From NCBI GenBank assembly GCA_965205655.1, contig CBDBIJ010000091.1:23593-87592 (forward strand): a stretch of 64,000 nt of DNA, in the 5' to 3' direction. Of the stretch, positions 46,856 through 56,909 are shown piece after piece. This stretch comes from Candidatus Latescibacterota bacterium. Its GTDB lineage: Bacteria > Latescibacterota > UBA2968 > UBA8231. Under the pieces are notes generated by a model. That model had not been told where the DNA came from, searched no databases, and worked only from the letters and a program-made list of their open reading frames with translations. Position 1 is the stretch's first letter; each line of letters begins with the position of its first letter. The position numbers and the translations under genes are program-made.

Positions 46856-49018
46856 GTGATGGCATCGGCAGCAGCTCCACAGGGCAACGATTTCAAACAG
46901 ATCGCCGGCGGCGGCTACCACAGCCTGGCCTTGCGCACCGACGGATCCCTCGCGGGCTGGGGCTGGAACGACGACGGCCAGGCAGGTCCGACAGACGGCG
47001 AATTCGGCGCCATCTCCGCCGGACACTTTCACAGTGTGGCGCTGCGACGCGACGGCAGCATCGCCGCCTTGGGCGTCAACGGAAGCGGCGAGAGCGAGGC
47101 TCCGCAGGGGAATGACTTCGTCGCCGTGGCGGCGAATCAGGAGTCCAGCATGGCCGTCCGCAGCGACGGCGCCGTCGTCGGATGGGGCCGAAACAGCAGC
47201 GGCCAGCTCGACGTGCCCGAAAGCGGAGATTTCGTCGCGGCGGCATTGACAACGCGCACGGCAGCGTGCGTGCGACGGGACGGATCGCTCGCCGCGTGGG
47301 GTTTTGCCGACACGGGCGCCTGCGATGTCCCCGAAGGTGAGTTCGTCGTCGTCGACGGGGGCATGTATCACTTCGTCGGGTTGAGGAAGGACGGCACGAT
47401 CGCCGTTTGGGGAGAGTACCGACCCAAGGACGACATCGTCGAGCAACCCGCCGGCGCCAACTTCACCGACGTCGCCGCCGGGAGGCATCACTGTGTCGGC
47501 CTGCGCGACGGGTCGCTGTGCGGTTGGGGATTCAACGGCTACGGCCAATGTGAGACGCCGGAGGGCACCGACTTCGTCGCCGTCGCCGCCGGAGGATGGC
47601 ACAGCCTCGCCGTGCGCAGCGACGGGTCGATCGTCCAGTGGGGGCATATCCCAACCCCGGCGGAGGGGCCGGTCCCCGATTGGAAACGGCTACCGGAGCC
47701 GACTGTGGTCCAGACCCTGTATAGAGACGGCGTGCCCCACACCGACAGCCAGGGTCGACTGATGATGGAGTACGATCCCGCCAGATCCTTTTTCCCTATC
47801 GGCATATACAGCGGGCCCTACGAGGCCGACTTCGACAGCCTCAAAGCGGCGGGGTACAACTGCATCCAGGCGCCCCACATGTCGGACGAACAGGCGCTGG
47901 AGAGGATCGAGGAGTACGATCTGCAGCTCCTCTGGCAGAAGTACGGCGACGACGAATTCTGGGAGAAGCGGGCGGCGCTGAAGGGCTTCAGGCGCGAGAG
48001 AATCCTGGCGAACTACGCCATCGACGAGCCCTACGTCTTCACCACGGGCTCGGGAAAGACCCACAACGACCCACTCGACGAGATTCAAAAGGGATGGCGG
48101 CAGACCTACGAGAAGAACGAGGCGGCTGTCAAAAAGCTGTTCCCCGACCTGCCGGTGTTCCTCAACATGTCGCCGGTTGCGGACTCGCCCCAAAACGGCT
48201 GGGGGGAATGGATCCGCAGGAGCGACATAGCCAGTCTCGACAACTATCCGTTCAAGAACGCGCATACCCGGATCAGCGAATTGTCCTCACCCACGATCGG
48301 CGTGCCGCGAACGGTGTGGGCGGCGGCGACGGCGGTAGAGCAGAAGAAGCCGGTATGGTACATCGCGCCAGCCTTCGAGCAGCCGATCGGCGGCGCGGAC
48401 TATTACTTCCGCTTTCCCACTGAGATGGAACTGAGGGCTGCTGTCTACGCAGGCCTCATCCATGGCGCCACCGGAATCATCTTTTTCGCCTGGGACGGCT
48501 GGCAATCCCGGGGTGGGCAGGTAGTCGGCATAAATCCGGCTCCGGAAGGGGACCCCGAGCATGAGGAACGGAACGAGCGCTCATCGATCGCCTCGGCGAC
48601 TCAGATGCTCTCGTCGAAATCGCTGTGGCACGCGGCGGCGCAGATCAACTCGGAGTTGCACGAGCTGATTCCTGTCATTCTGGCGCCCACAGTGGGTCCG
48701 GAGGTCGGGTACTCTCTGGAGATAGATACGCCAAGCCGGCAGATCACCAAGGCTGACATCCGCGCCATGCTCAAGCCGCATCCCGACGGCGGCTACGTGC
48801 TGCTCACCGTGAACATCGACGAGGCGACGCTGAACGCGACCTGGACCTTTCCCGAGGAGCTCGAGTCCGTCGAACTGCTGTTCGAGAGCCGTCCCGACAA
48901 CTTTATGAAGGGTGAGTGCGGAACCATGGATCACCCGTCCCAGCCCGCATCAAACCGGTCCTTTTCCGTTCATTACCCGCCCTTCGCAACGCACCTGTTT
49001 CGAATCCGACCAAAGTGA
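46856..49018 (+). CDS. RCC1-like repeat propeller plus TIM-barrel glycoside-hydrolase-like protein (paralog of 27049..29289, no signal peptide)
   Basis: Same repeats and long shared blocks: QTLYR.GVPHTDSQG, IDEPYVFT, DIRAMLKPHPDGG, LLTVNIDEA. Confidence 0.75.
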   Translation: MMASAAAPQGNDFKQIAGGGYHSLALRTDGSLAGWGWNDDGQAGPTDGEFGAISAGHFHSVALRRDGSIAALGVNGSGESEAPQGNDFVAVAANQESSMAVRSDGAVVGWGRNSSGQLDVPESGDFVAAALTTRTAACVRRDGSLAAWGFADTGACDVPEGEFVVVDGGMYHFVGLRKDGTIAVWGEYRPKDDIVEQPAGANFTDVAAGRHHCVGLRDGSLCGWGFNGYGQCETPEGTDFVAVAAGGWHSLAVRSDGSIVQWGHIPTPAEGPVPDWKRLPEPTVVQTLYRDGVPHTDSQGRLMMEYDPARSFFPIGIYSGPYEADFDSLKAAGYNCIQAPHMSDEQALERIEEYDLQLLWQKYGDDEFWEKRAALKGFRRERILANYAIDEPYVFTTGSGKTHNDPLDEIQKGWRQTYEKNEAAVKKLFPDLPVFLNMSPVADSPQNGWGEWIRRSDIASLDNYPFKNAHTRISELSSPTIGVPRTVWAAATAVEQKKPVWYIAPAFEQPIGGADYYFRFPTEMELRAAVYAGLIHGATGIIFFAWDGWQSRGGQVVGINPAPEGDPEHEERNERSSIASATQMLSSKSLWHAAAQINSELHELIPVILAPTVGPEVGYSLEIDTPSRQITKADIRAMLKPHPDGGYVLLTVNIDEATLNATWTFPEELESVELLFESRPDNFMKGECGTMDHPSQPASNRSFSVHYPPFATHLFRIRPK

Positions 49019-51195
49019 GCCAGGGCGAGGACTATCCCGGCTGGCAGACTCCCTATCCCTGGCTCGTGGATGGGGTGTCTCGGGAAATGCTGTTCGAGTT
49101 TCACCTGTCGCTCTACGACGGTGCGCTCGAAGAACGGCGGCGCCTCTACGAAAACCTGACGCTCGATTCCTGGGAGACCGAACGGAATCGCCTCCGGCGT
49201 CTCTTTCGGGAGATGTTCGGGCCATTTCCGGACAAATGCGATCTGGCGCCTCGGACTACGGGGAGTCTCGAGCGCGATGGCTACCGGGTCGAGAATGTCA
49301 TCTTCGATAGCGTCCCCGGGCTGCAGATAACCGCCAATCTCTACCTCCCCGAACCGCTGGACGAGCAAGTACCGGGTATCGCGCTCGCCTGCGGCCATTC
49401 CAATATCGCCAAAGCCTATTCCGGATATCAGAAGGCGGCCATCGACATGGCTCGCCGCGGCATGGTGGTGCTGTGCTTCGACCCCTTCGGCCAGGGCGAG
49501 CGAATGATGTGGGACCGCGTCCGCAATCGCATGCTCACCTACCCCGAGCACGACGTGCTCGACCGCGCCGCCGTCCTCGCCGGGACGAGCTCTTCTGGCG
49601 AGTACACCTGGGACTGCGTGCGCAGCATCGACTATCTCGTCTCGCGGCCCGAGGTCGACGGGGCCATGATCGGTCTCACCGGCTGCTCGGGCGGTGGCAC
49701 CCAGACGACCTTCGCGGCGACGGTGGACGACCGCATCGCCGCCGCCGTGCCGATCTGCTTCGTCACGAGCATGCGCGAGCGCCTGCTCTCGCGCGAGCCG
49801 GGGGACAGCGAGCAGTACCCCTACAACCTGCTCAAACTCGGACTCGAGTACGCCGATTTCCTCGCCATGTTGGCGCCGAAGCCCGTTCTCATAGCGGCGG
49901 CAAAGGAGGACTACTTCCCCCTCAAGGGGGCGCGCGACACAGTGGCGATGCTGAAACGGATCTACGACCTGAGCGGCGATGCCGAGAAAGTCGATCTGTT
50001 CGAGGGACCGGGGAAGCACGGCCTGAGCGACGAGATCCGGCGGGCCACGAGCGATTGGTTCTGCCGCTGGTTCGGCCTGCCGATACCGGACGAGGATCCG
50101 GCAGCCGAGCCCGAGCCCGAAAAGGCGTTGTGGTCGACGCGCTCCGGACAGCTGGCTGCAGACGGCAGCGGCAAGAATTGGTACGTCGCCTCGGAACAGC
50201 TGGTGCCGCCGATGGAGGAGCTGCGTGAAAAGGGAGTCGATGTGAATGAGCTGCGCCGCACGCTCGCCTTACCCGCCACGTCGGCGTCTCTGAAGGTCGA
50301 ATCGAGGCAGGAGGAAGAGGGCATCACATGTTTTCGCGTCCAGTCCGAGCCCGGGATCATCATTCCGGCCGTGCTGTTCGGCCCGGACACCGGGGCATCC
50401 GAGCTCGCGGCTTCAGGGGCTCTCGTTCTGTACTGCCACGAAGACGGCATGCAGGCGGAAGCGGGACCCGCCGGCATGATCGACCAACTCCGGAAGGCGG
50501 GCCATCACGTCCTCGCCTTCGATCCGCGAGGTGTCGGCCTTACCCGCGGCGAGTCCCACGGCTGGTGGGGGAACTCCACAGCCCAGCACTTCAAGGAGAT
50601 GGAGATAGACGGGTCCTTCTCGCCCGAGGCGATTCTCGGTTTCAACGATCCCGCCTACGAAGGGCCGATGGCGACGGAGTGCGAACACTCGTGGACGGCG
50701 CGCATGTTGGGTCGACCGCTCTTCGGACAACGGGTTCTGGATGTGCTGCGGGTCGTCGAGCTGGCGGGTTCGCGCCAGGATCTCGCCGAGCTTCCCGTGA
50801 TCCTGATGGGGTCGGGGATCGGGGCGCTGTGGGCCCTCTACGCCAGCCCTTTTGCGCCAGAGCGAGTGCGCGCGCTGCTGCTTCACGCGCCACTGGCCAG
50901 CTACCGGCTCCTGCTCGAAGAGCCGCGAGCGATGTGGCATCACCAGGTGCTGGTGCGAAATCTGCCGGCGGTGGGCGACTGTCCCGCCCTTTTGACAGCC
51001 TGGTCGCCGCGGCCAGCTCTCGTGATGGATCCAAACGGCGCCTTCCGCACGCCGATCTCAGCCTGGGAAGCGGAGCGGATCCTCGGTCGGCAGCTCGCTG
51101 AGGGGCTCACGGTGCGATGGACCGGAAGCGAGGCGACGGCAGCCGGACTCGTGGTCGACAACCTGAAGCGATTCCAGCCGGTATCGTCTGCGTGA
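49015..51195 (+). CDS. Acetylxylan-esterase-like double alpha/beta hydrolase
   Basis: GTGA overlap; TANLYLP; CGH; DPFGQGER; IDYL.SRPEVD; GCSGGGTQT nucleophile elbow; second degenerate hydrolase domain. Confidence 0.85.
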   Translation: MSQGEDYPGWQTPYPWLVDGVSREMLFEFHLSLYDGALEERRRLYENLTLDSWETERNRLRRLFREMFGPFPDKCDLAPRTTGSLERDGYRVENVIFDSVPGLQITANLYLPEPLDEQVPGIALACGHSNIAKAYSGYQKAAIDMARRGMVVLCFDPFGQGERMMWDRVRNRMLTYPEHDVLDRAAVLAGTSSSGEYTWDCVRSIDYLVSRPEVDGAMIGLTGCSGGGTQTTFAATVDDRIAAAVPICFVTSMRERLLSREPGDSEQYPYNLLKLGLEYADFLAMLAPKPVLIAAAKEDYFPLKGARDTVAMLKRIYDLSGDAEKVDLFEGPGKHGLSDEIRRATSDWFCRWFGLPIPDEDPAAEPEPEKALWSTRSGQLAADGSGKNWYVASEQLVPPMEELREKGVDVNELRRTLALPATSASLKVESRQEEEGITCFRVQSEPGIIIPAVLFGPDTGASELAASGALVLYCHEDGMQAEAGPAGMIDQLRKAGHHVLAFDPRGVGLTRGESHGWWGNSTAQHFKEMEIDGSFSPEAILGFNDPAYEGPMATECEHSWTARMLGRPLFGQRVLDVLRVVELAGSRQDLAELPVILMGSGIGALWALYASPFAPERVRALLLHAPLASYRLLLEEPRAMWHHQVLVRNLPAVGDCPALLTAWSPRPALVMDPNGAFRTPISAWEAERILGRQLAEGLTVRWTGSEATAAGLVVDNLKRFQPVSSA

Positions 51196-51236
51196 TCACC
51201 CGGCCACTCCAGTCCGAGCTTCAGTAAGGCAATCCA

Positions 51237-52907
51237 ATGTCACTGACCCTCACCGTCATCGACGAACTCGATCGCGCCTTCCAGGACAGTTGGCCGCGAG
51301 CGAATGGGCCATCCGAGCCGATCGAGCTCATGGCGGCTCGAGGTGGACACGTCGGGACTCAGCTCGTGGTGGGAGCTGCCGGCGAAGCCGTGAATGTGCG
51401 CGCCGGGGACCTGAGGCGCCGTCGGAGTGGAGCGCTTCCTGCTCCCACCGTCTTCCATGTGCGCTTCGTGCCACTCGAAAAGAACACGTCATACAACGAC
51501 TCCTTTCTGCCGGAGGGGGTCTTCGACATGACGACGAGCGACCCGACGCCGAAGGAGTTGCGCCAGCTCGTGCGGCGGGCGCCGTGTGAGATCGCCGAGG
51601 TCCTCGTGCCCGCGAATGAAGGGATCAGCGAGGACAGTCGGCCGGTCGTCCTCTTCATCGACTACGAGATCCCCCGCGATGCCAGTCCGGGACGCTACAG
51701 CCACCTCGTCGAGGTTCGCTCCGGCAGCGAGCAGATCGAGCTACGGATTGAAGTGGAGGTGTTCGCTGCCTCGCTGCCTGAGTCACAGCAGCTGAGGATC
51801 ACCAACTGGTTCAGCCTGCCCGAGATAGCATCCAAACACGGCGTCGAGATGTGGGACGAGGAATACTGGTCACTGTTGCGCCAGTACGCCCGGATCATGA
51901 AGGCGCACGGCCAGACGATGTTCTGGCTGCAGCGGCAGGTCTTCGACCTGACAGTCGTCGACGGAGAGGTCGGCGTCGACTGGGGGCAGGTAGAGCGCTA
52001 TATCAAGCTGTTCCTCGACGAGGGTTTCACCGAGATCGAAGGTCCACACCTCAGCGATCGCCGTTCTGGTGCCGACAACGTTACGCACCTGACCTGGGCC
52101 ACTTCGCTCACACAGCGAAAACGGAGACTTGGTCCCGTACCGACGACGATGGAGAGCCACAAGCTGCTGCGCCAGTGGCTGACGCCGCTGTGGGATCTCG
52201 TCAAAACGCGGAGGTGGGATTCACGCTACTACCAGCACGTCTTCGACGAGCCGCTCGACGAACAGGCCGAGCACTACCGCCACCTGGCGCTCATCGTGCG
52301 GCAGTTGATGCCAGGTGTTCGTTTGATGGACGCCTTGCACATTCATGGCCTGAACGGCGCCTCGGATGTGATGGTGCCCTCCTACTTGGGCGGGGTTCGC
52401 AGGGAACGAAAGTTCGCGGCCGAGTTCCAGGCTCTCGGCATCGAGATGTGGTACTACACCTGTTGCTGCCCGCGTGGACGGTGGCTGAACCGCTTTCTCG
52501 ATTTTCCCTTGATCCGCACGAGATTATTGCACTGGTACAACTATATCACCGGAACCACCGGTTACCTCCATTGGGGACTCAATCAGTACCGTGGTATGAA
52601 CCCGTGGAAGCAGACTGTGATTGACGCCGAGAATCATCCCGACGGGGTGGTCGTGCTGCCCCCCGGCGACACGCATGTCGTCTGGCCGGGAGAGGGGACG
52701 GCGTACGGGTCTCTACGGTTCACGGCCATGCGCAACGGTATCGAGGACTACGAGCTGCTAGCGATGTTGCGGGACGAGGAGGGGACGCGCGCCAAGCGAG
52801 CCGACGAGATCGCGGATCTGGTCATTCGCAACGGCACTTCGTACGTTCAGGATCCGGTGAGATTCACGGGGCTGCGACGCCAGTTGCTCGAGCTGGCGAG
52901 CTCCTGA
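51237..52907 (+). CDS. DUF4091 domain protein (paralog of 24421..26157)
   Basis: Shared blocks ELDRAF.DSWPR, FDEP, LIRTRLLHWYNYITGTTGYLHWG, GSLRFTAMRNGIEDYE. Confidence 0.8.
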   Translation: MSLTLTVIDELDRAFQDSWPRANGPSEPIELMAARGGHVGTQLVVGAAGEAVNVRAGDLRRRRSGALPAPTVFHVRFVPLEKNTSYNDSFLPEGVFDMTTSDPTPKELRQLVRRAPCEIAEVLVPANEGISEDSRPVVLFIDYEIPRDASPGRYSHLVEVRSGSEQIELRIEVEVFAASLPESQQLRITNWFSLPEIASKHGVEMWDEEYWSLLRQYARIMKAHGQTMFWLQRQVFDLTVVDGEVGVDWGQVERYIKLFLDEGFTEIEGPHLSDRRSGADNVTHLTWATSLTQRKRRLGPVPTTMESHKLLRQWLTPLWDLVKTRRWDSRYYQHVFDEPLDEQAEHYRHLALIVRQLMPGVRLMDALHIHGLNGASDVMVPSYLGGVRRERKFAAEFQALGIEMWYYTCCCPRGRWLNRFLDFPLIRTRLLHWYNYITGTTGYLHWGLNQYRGMNPWKQTVIDAENHPDGVVVLPPGDTHVVWPGEGTAYGSLRFTAMRNGIEDYELLAMLRDEEGTRAKRADEIADLVIRNGTSYVQDPVRFTGLRRQLLELASS

Positions 52908-52936
52908 CGTAGCGCGCGTGCCAGTCCCGAGCGGGA

Positions 52937-53905
52937 TCACTCTTCAGAAAGCAGAATCTCCGACAGCAGGATCGGCTCGACGTTGCCGCCGCTGATCACC
53001 GCCACGGTGGTCTCAGCTTTGGGCAGTTCGCTCTGATGAAAGAGAAACGCGGCAAATGAGACGGCGCCGCTCGGCTCCGCCATCAACCGAGCGTTGAGAA
53101 TGAGACGCCGCATCGCCTCCCGGATCTCCGCCTCGCTCACGGTGATGATGTCGTCGACGAATTCGCGGATGTGGGCGAACGTGACGTCGCCGATGCGGGT
53201 GGCCCGCATACCATCGGCGATCGTCTGCCGAATCTGCTCGAGAGGAAGCTCGACGATCTCTCCTTTGTAGAAGCTCTGCCGGGCATCGTCGCCCACTTCC
53301 GGTTCCACGCCGATCACCTTGGCGTCCGAGCCGCTCAGTTTTACCGCGGCAGCCACACCGCTGATCAGGCCGCCGCCGCCGATCGGCACCAGAACCAAAC
53401 CCACGTCGGGCAGATCCTCGATGATCTCGAGCCCCGCTGTCCCCTGACCGGCGACGATTACCTCATCGTTGAACGGGGTTACCATGACGAGGTCGTTCTT
53501 CTCGGCCAGCTCTTCGGCTGCGAGACGCCAATCCTCTTCTGACCCCCCTTCCAAAAGTACGATCTCCGCGCCGAGAGCCTTCGTCCTCTTCTTCTTTATT
53601 TCCGGGGCGATCGCCGGCATGACGATCGTCGACTTGACGCCGAGCGCCCGCGCCGCGTAGGCCACGCCCTGGGCGTGGTTACCGCTGGAAAAGGCGACGA
53701 CACCCCGGTCTCTCTCCTCCTGCGACAAGGAGGCGATCTTGTTGTAGGCGCCGCGCAGCTTGAACGCGCCGATGGGCTGGAGGCTTTCGGGCTTGAAGTA
53801 GAGGCGCCCGCCGGACTCAGAGCTCGGGCATTCGATCAGAGGCGTGCGTGCGGCCACTCCCTCAATGCGCCGTTGCGCCGCGCGGATATCGTCGATCGTT
53901 ACCAT
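52937..53905 (-). CDS. PLP-dependent threonine/serine dehydratase (short, no regulatory domain)
   Basis: KPESLQPIGAFKLRGA; SSGNHAQ; GGGGL; EPSGA; SGGN. Confidence 0.92.
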   Translation of the reverse strand: MVTIDDIRAAQRRIEGVAARTPLIECPSSESGGRLYFKPESLQPIGAFKLRGAYNKIASLSQEERDRGVVAFSSGNHAQGVAYAARALGVKSTIVMPAIAPEIKKKRTKALGAEIVLLEGGSEEDWRLAAEELAEKNDLVMVTPFNDEVIVAGQGTAGLEIIEDLPDVGLVLVPIGGGGLISGVAAAVKLSGSDAKVIGVEPEVGDDARQSFYKGEIVELPLEQIRQTIADGMRATRIGDVTFAHIREFVDDIITVSEAEIREAMRRLILNARLMAEPSGAVSFAAFLFHQSELPKAETTVAVISGGNVEPILLSEILLSEE

Positions 53906-53963
53906 GCATCAGATAATAGCGAATCGAGCTTCGATTGACACCTGTCGCGGCGATGGGTAACGT
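53906..53963. promoter_or_regulatory. Overlapping divergent sigma70 promoters with central palindrome
   Basis: Plus strand: TTGACA (53935-40)-17 nt-TAACGT (53958-63). Minus strand: GTGTCA-17 nt-TATTAT (53913-18), 7 nt before the ATG at 53905. Palindrome AATCGA-gct-TCGATT at 53922-53936. Confidence 0.65.
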
Positions 53964-54005
53964 CTGCAGCTTGCCCCCGCAGCCATCTCAGAGATTGGAG
54001 CCCTA

Positions 54006-55448
54006 ATGATTCGCTGTTTCCTCTTCTTCGACGACTGGATGATCGACGACATCCGGGATGTCGAACGCTGTTTCGGTTCGCCCCAACCGGAAGGGCCGCT
54101 GATCACCGGCGATTTTGGCAAGCAGATGCGAACCGTGGAAATGCCCGGCGATCAGTGGCCGACGAAGTGGCGCATGTGGTACGCCAATCCGCCTGACCCG
54201 GAGGATCGCTCCGAGCCCGGGCGCAATCCGCAGGAGTACTTCTGTCTCGCGGAGAGCGACGACGGTTTCGAGTGGCGCTCCGTACACCTGCCCATGGAAG
54301 AGAGGCCCTACAAGGAATATCCGAACGCTGCCTTCGAGCACGGAGCCAAGGAAGTTCGCTACGACCCGTGGGACATTCCGGAGCGCCGCTACAAGGCCGG
54401 ATTCAACGTGCGCGCCCTGCACGAGAAGAAGGCCTGGCACAACATGATCATGGGCTGGTCGGCTGACGGTGTGCACTGGGATCACTTCGACAACCCGGAC
54501 TACGCCTACTTCACCCGGGCCGGAGGCAGCGACGGCACGCGGACACCATTCTACAGTCCCATCACGAAGCAATGGCACATGGTCATCCGGCCGTACTGTC
54601 CAGACCGGCGCGTCGCCGTGACCAGCTCGCCCGACCTCAAGAACTGGACTGATGTCTACACCATGATGCAGCCGGACTGCCTCGATCCGCCGGGAACCCA
54701 GTTCTACGGACTAAGAGTGTGGCCGTACGGCGTCACGAACGGCTGCGGCACGCCGGAGGACTTCGAAGGCTATTTCGTCGGCTGCCTGCACATCTTCCGA
54801 TCGGCCATGGGCGAGCGCTGCGGATCCGGCAAGTGGACGGGTCACCTCCACGACGAGCTGGCGTACAGCACGAACGGTCTGTTCTGGAACCGCACTCACC
54901 GACAGTCGCTGTTCAGGCAGTTCGAGCACGGCGAGCCGGGCGGGGGCTGGTTCGACTACTTCATCATCGGCTACGACGAAGACGAACGGCTGCGACTCGC
55001 TGTGCGGAAGTGGACGCAGACGCACATGCTCCGAACTCCCGAAGACTACACGCCCGGGCCGGGCGGGTGGCAGCATCACATCCTGCGCAAGGACGGGTTC
55101 GTTTTCCTGCGCAGCATCGGCACCGGTCGATTCGGCATGAAGGGGATGAGGCCGGCCAAAGGCGATCTCAACATCAACTTCAAGGCGCCGTACGGCCGCA
55201 TCAGAGTACAGGCGTCAGACCTGCACTTCAACCCAATCGAAGGCTTCACCTTCGACGACTGTGTCCCGCTGCAGGGGGACGAGCTGCACGCGCCGGTGCG
55301 CTGGAAGAGCAAGACCTCGCAGGATCTCGTCGATATGGGGCAGTCCTGCCGGCTCGAGTTCGAGATGTTCGAGGCCAACATCTACGCCGTTCGCTGGACG
55401 TGCGAGTACCTCGACTACGCTGACCAGCCGGTCTACGACCTGAGGTAA
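54006..55448 (+). CDS. Five-bladed beta-propeller glycosidase-like protein (GH32/43/130-like fold), paralog 1
   Basis: FFDDW.I; AESDDG..W; S.DG.HW; S.DL..W; LRKDGF; INF.A..G.IRVQ....IEGF.FDDC.PL.GD. Confidence 0.65.
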   Translation: MIRCFLFFDDWMIDDIRDVERCFGSPQPEGPLITGDFGKQMRTVEMPGDQWPTKWRMWYANPPDPEDRSEPGRNPQEYFCLAESDDGFEWRSVHLPMEERPYKEYPNAAFEHGAKEVRYDPWDIPERRYKAGFNVRALHEKKAWHNMIMGWSADGVHWDHFDNPDYAYFTRAGGSDGTRTPFYSPITKQWHMVIRPYCPDRRVAVTSSPDLKNWTDVYTMMQPDCLDPPGTQFYGLRVWPYGVTNGCGTPEDFEGYFVGCLHIFRSAMGERCGSGKWTGHLHDELAYSTNGLFWNRTHRQSLFRQFEHGEPGGGWFDYFIIGYDEDERLRLAVRKWTQTHMLRTPEDYTPGPGGWQHHILRKDGFVFLRSIGTGRFGMKGMRPAKGDLNINFKAPYGRIRVQASDLHFNPIEGFTFDDCVPLQGDELHAPVRWKSKTSQDLVDMGQSCRLEFEMFEANIYAVRWTCEYLDYADQPVYDLR

Positions 55449-55463
55449 GAGCGCGGAGACACC

Positions 55464-56903
55464 ATGCAGACGATTCTGTTCATCGACGACTGGATGCTCG
55501 ACTACAGGGATAACATCGCGCGCCGCTTCGGTCGTCCGCAGTTGCTAGAGGGGAAGAAGGTCGAGTTCGACAACGACAGGCTGCGGGGCGAGCACGGCTA
55601 TCCGAACGTGATTCGCGACCGGCAGTCAGGAGTGTACCGATTGTGGGAGCGGGTCCCCGGCAGCCGACCCCTCCCCGGGGGAAACTTCAGCAGCACCCTG
55701 TGCTACGCCGAGAGCGAAGACGGCATCAGCTTTACGAGCCCCAATCTTGGCTTTTCCGACAAGATGGGCGTCGATGAGTCGCTGTCGAGCTGCGTCGATT
55801 TCGATCTGCCACCTCTAGGCGTGTCGAAGGTCGTGTACGATGCCTTCGATCCCAATCCCGCCAGGCGCTACAAGGTCGTGGGCCAGCAAGCAGAGGCAGA
55901 CGACCAGCCGAGATTCACCGTGTGGGTGTCGCCGGACGGCCTCAGCTGGACCCAGGTCCCGGGTTCGAGCTGGTTTCCGGACGAGCCGACGCGGATGGGG
56001 TCCGACTGCGACAACAACATATTGTTCAACCCGATCAGCGGCCGCTACCAGGTGATCTGCCGCGACACCTGCCTGGATCGCCGTGTGGCCATGACGGAGT
56101 CGGAGGACCTCATTCACTGGACCACGCCCCGAGTCATCGTCTATCCCGACCCGCTGGACGAGACATTGGTGCAGTTCTATTCGATGATTCAGTACTGGTA
56201 TCACGAGTATTTCATCGGACTGATGCCGCTGCAGCACGTGTCGTCCAAGGAGCGCGGGACGGTGAAGTGGATGGGCAAGGTCGACACGGAGCTGACCTAC
56301 AGCTACAACGGCGTGCACTGGAACCGCACCGACAGGCAGCCATTCGTCGGGCGCCTGGAGCCGGGTGTGCCGGGATCCGAGCAGATATACACCACCTGCA
56401 TGGTGGAGGAAGAGGACGGCACCCTCCGGTTCTACTCGCGAGCCTACTCCGGCGAGCACGGCGATCAACGCATCGGCCACATGCCCGAGGGCCTAGTGCA
56501 CGACTGTGAGGTGCTCGTGCACCAGCTGCGGTCGGAGGGTTTTGCCTACCTCGAGCCGGTCGGGGGCTTCGGATACTTCGGCACCCGAAATCTGAAGTTT
56601 CGCAAGGGCGAGCTGCATATCAACATGATGGCGCCGAACGGGCGCATATGGGTCCAGGCCAGCCACAGCCACACAACGGGTCCAGACACGAGTGGACCGT
56701 ATCCCGGATACAGCTTCGACGACTGCGAGCCGCTGAGTGGAGACGACATCCGCGCCCCGGTGAGGTGGAAGAACGGGAAGACACTGACGGAGCTGGTCGG
56801 CGCCGGCGTGCGCCTCGAGTTCAAGCTGTGCCAGGCACGGGTCTACGCCGTACACGGCGACTTTCAGATTCAATACGGCGATCCCATTATCGAGCGACCG
56901 TAG
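55464..56903 (+). CDS. Five-bladed beta-propeller glycosidase-like protein, paralog 2
   Basis: Same motif series: LFIDDW, AESEDG, SPDG..W, LRSEGF, GYSFDDC.PL.GD. Confidence 0.65.
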   Translation: MQTILFIDDWMLDYRDNIARRFGRPQLLEGKKVEFDNDRLRGEHGYPNVIRDRQSGVYRLWERVPGSRPLPGGNFSSTLCYAESEDGISFTSPNLGFSDKMGVDESLSSCVDFDLPPLGVSKVVYDAFDPNPARRYKVVGQQAEADDQPRFTVWVSPDGLSWTQVPGSSWFPDEPTRMGSDCDNNILFNPISGRYQVICRDTCLDRRVAMTESEDLIHWTTPRVIVYPDPLDETLVQFYSMIQYWYHEYFIGLMPLQHVSSKERGTVKWMGKVDTELTYSYNGVHWNRTDRQPFVGRLEPGVPGSEQIYTTCMVEEEDGTLRFYSRAYSGEHGDQRIGHMPEGLVHDCEVLVHQLRSEGFAYLEPVGGFGYFGTRNLKFRKGELHINMMAPNGRIWVQASHSHTTGPDTSGPYPGYSFDDCEPLSGDDIRAPVRWKNGKTLTELVGAGVRLEFKLCQARVYAVHGDFQIQYGDPIIERP

Positions 56904-56909
56904 CAAAAC

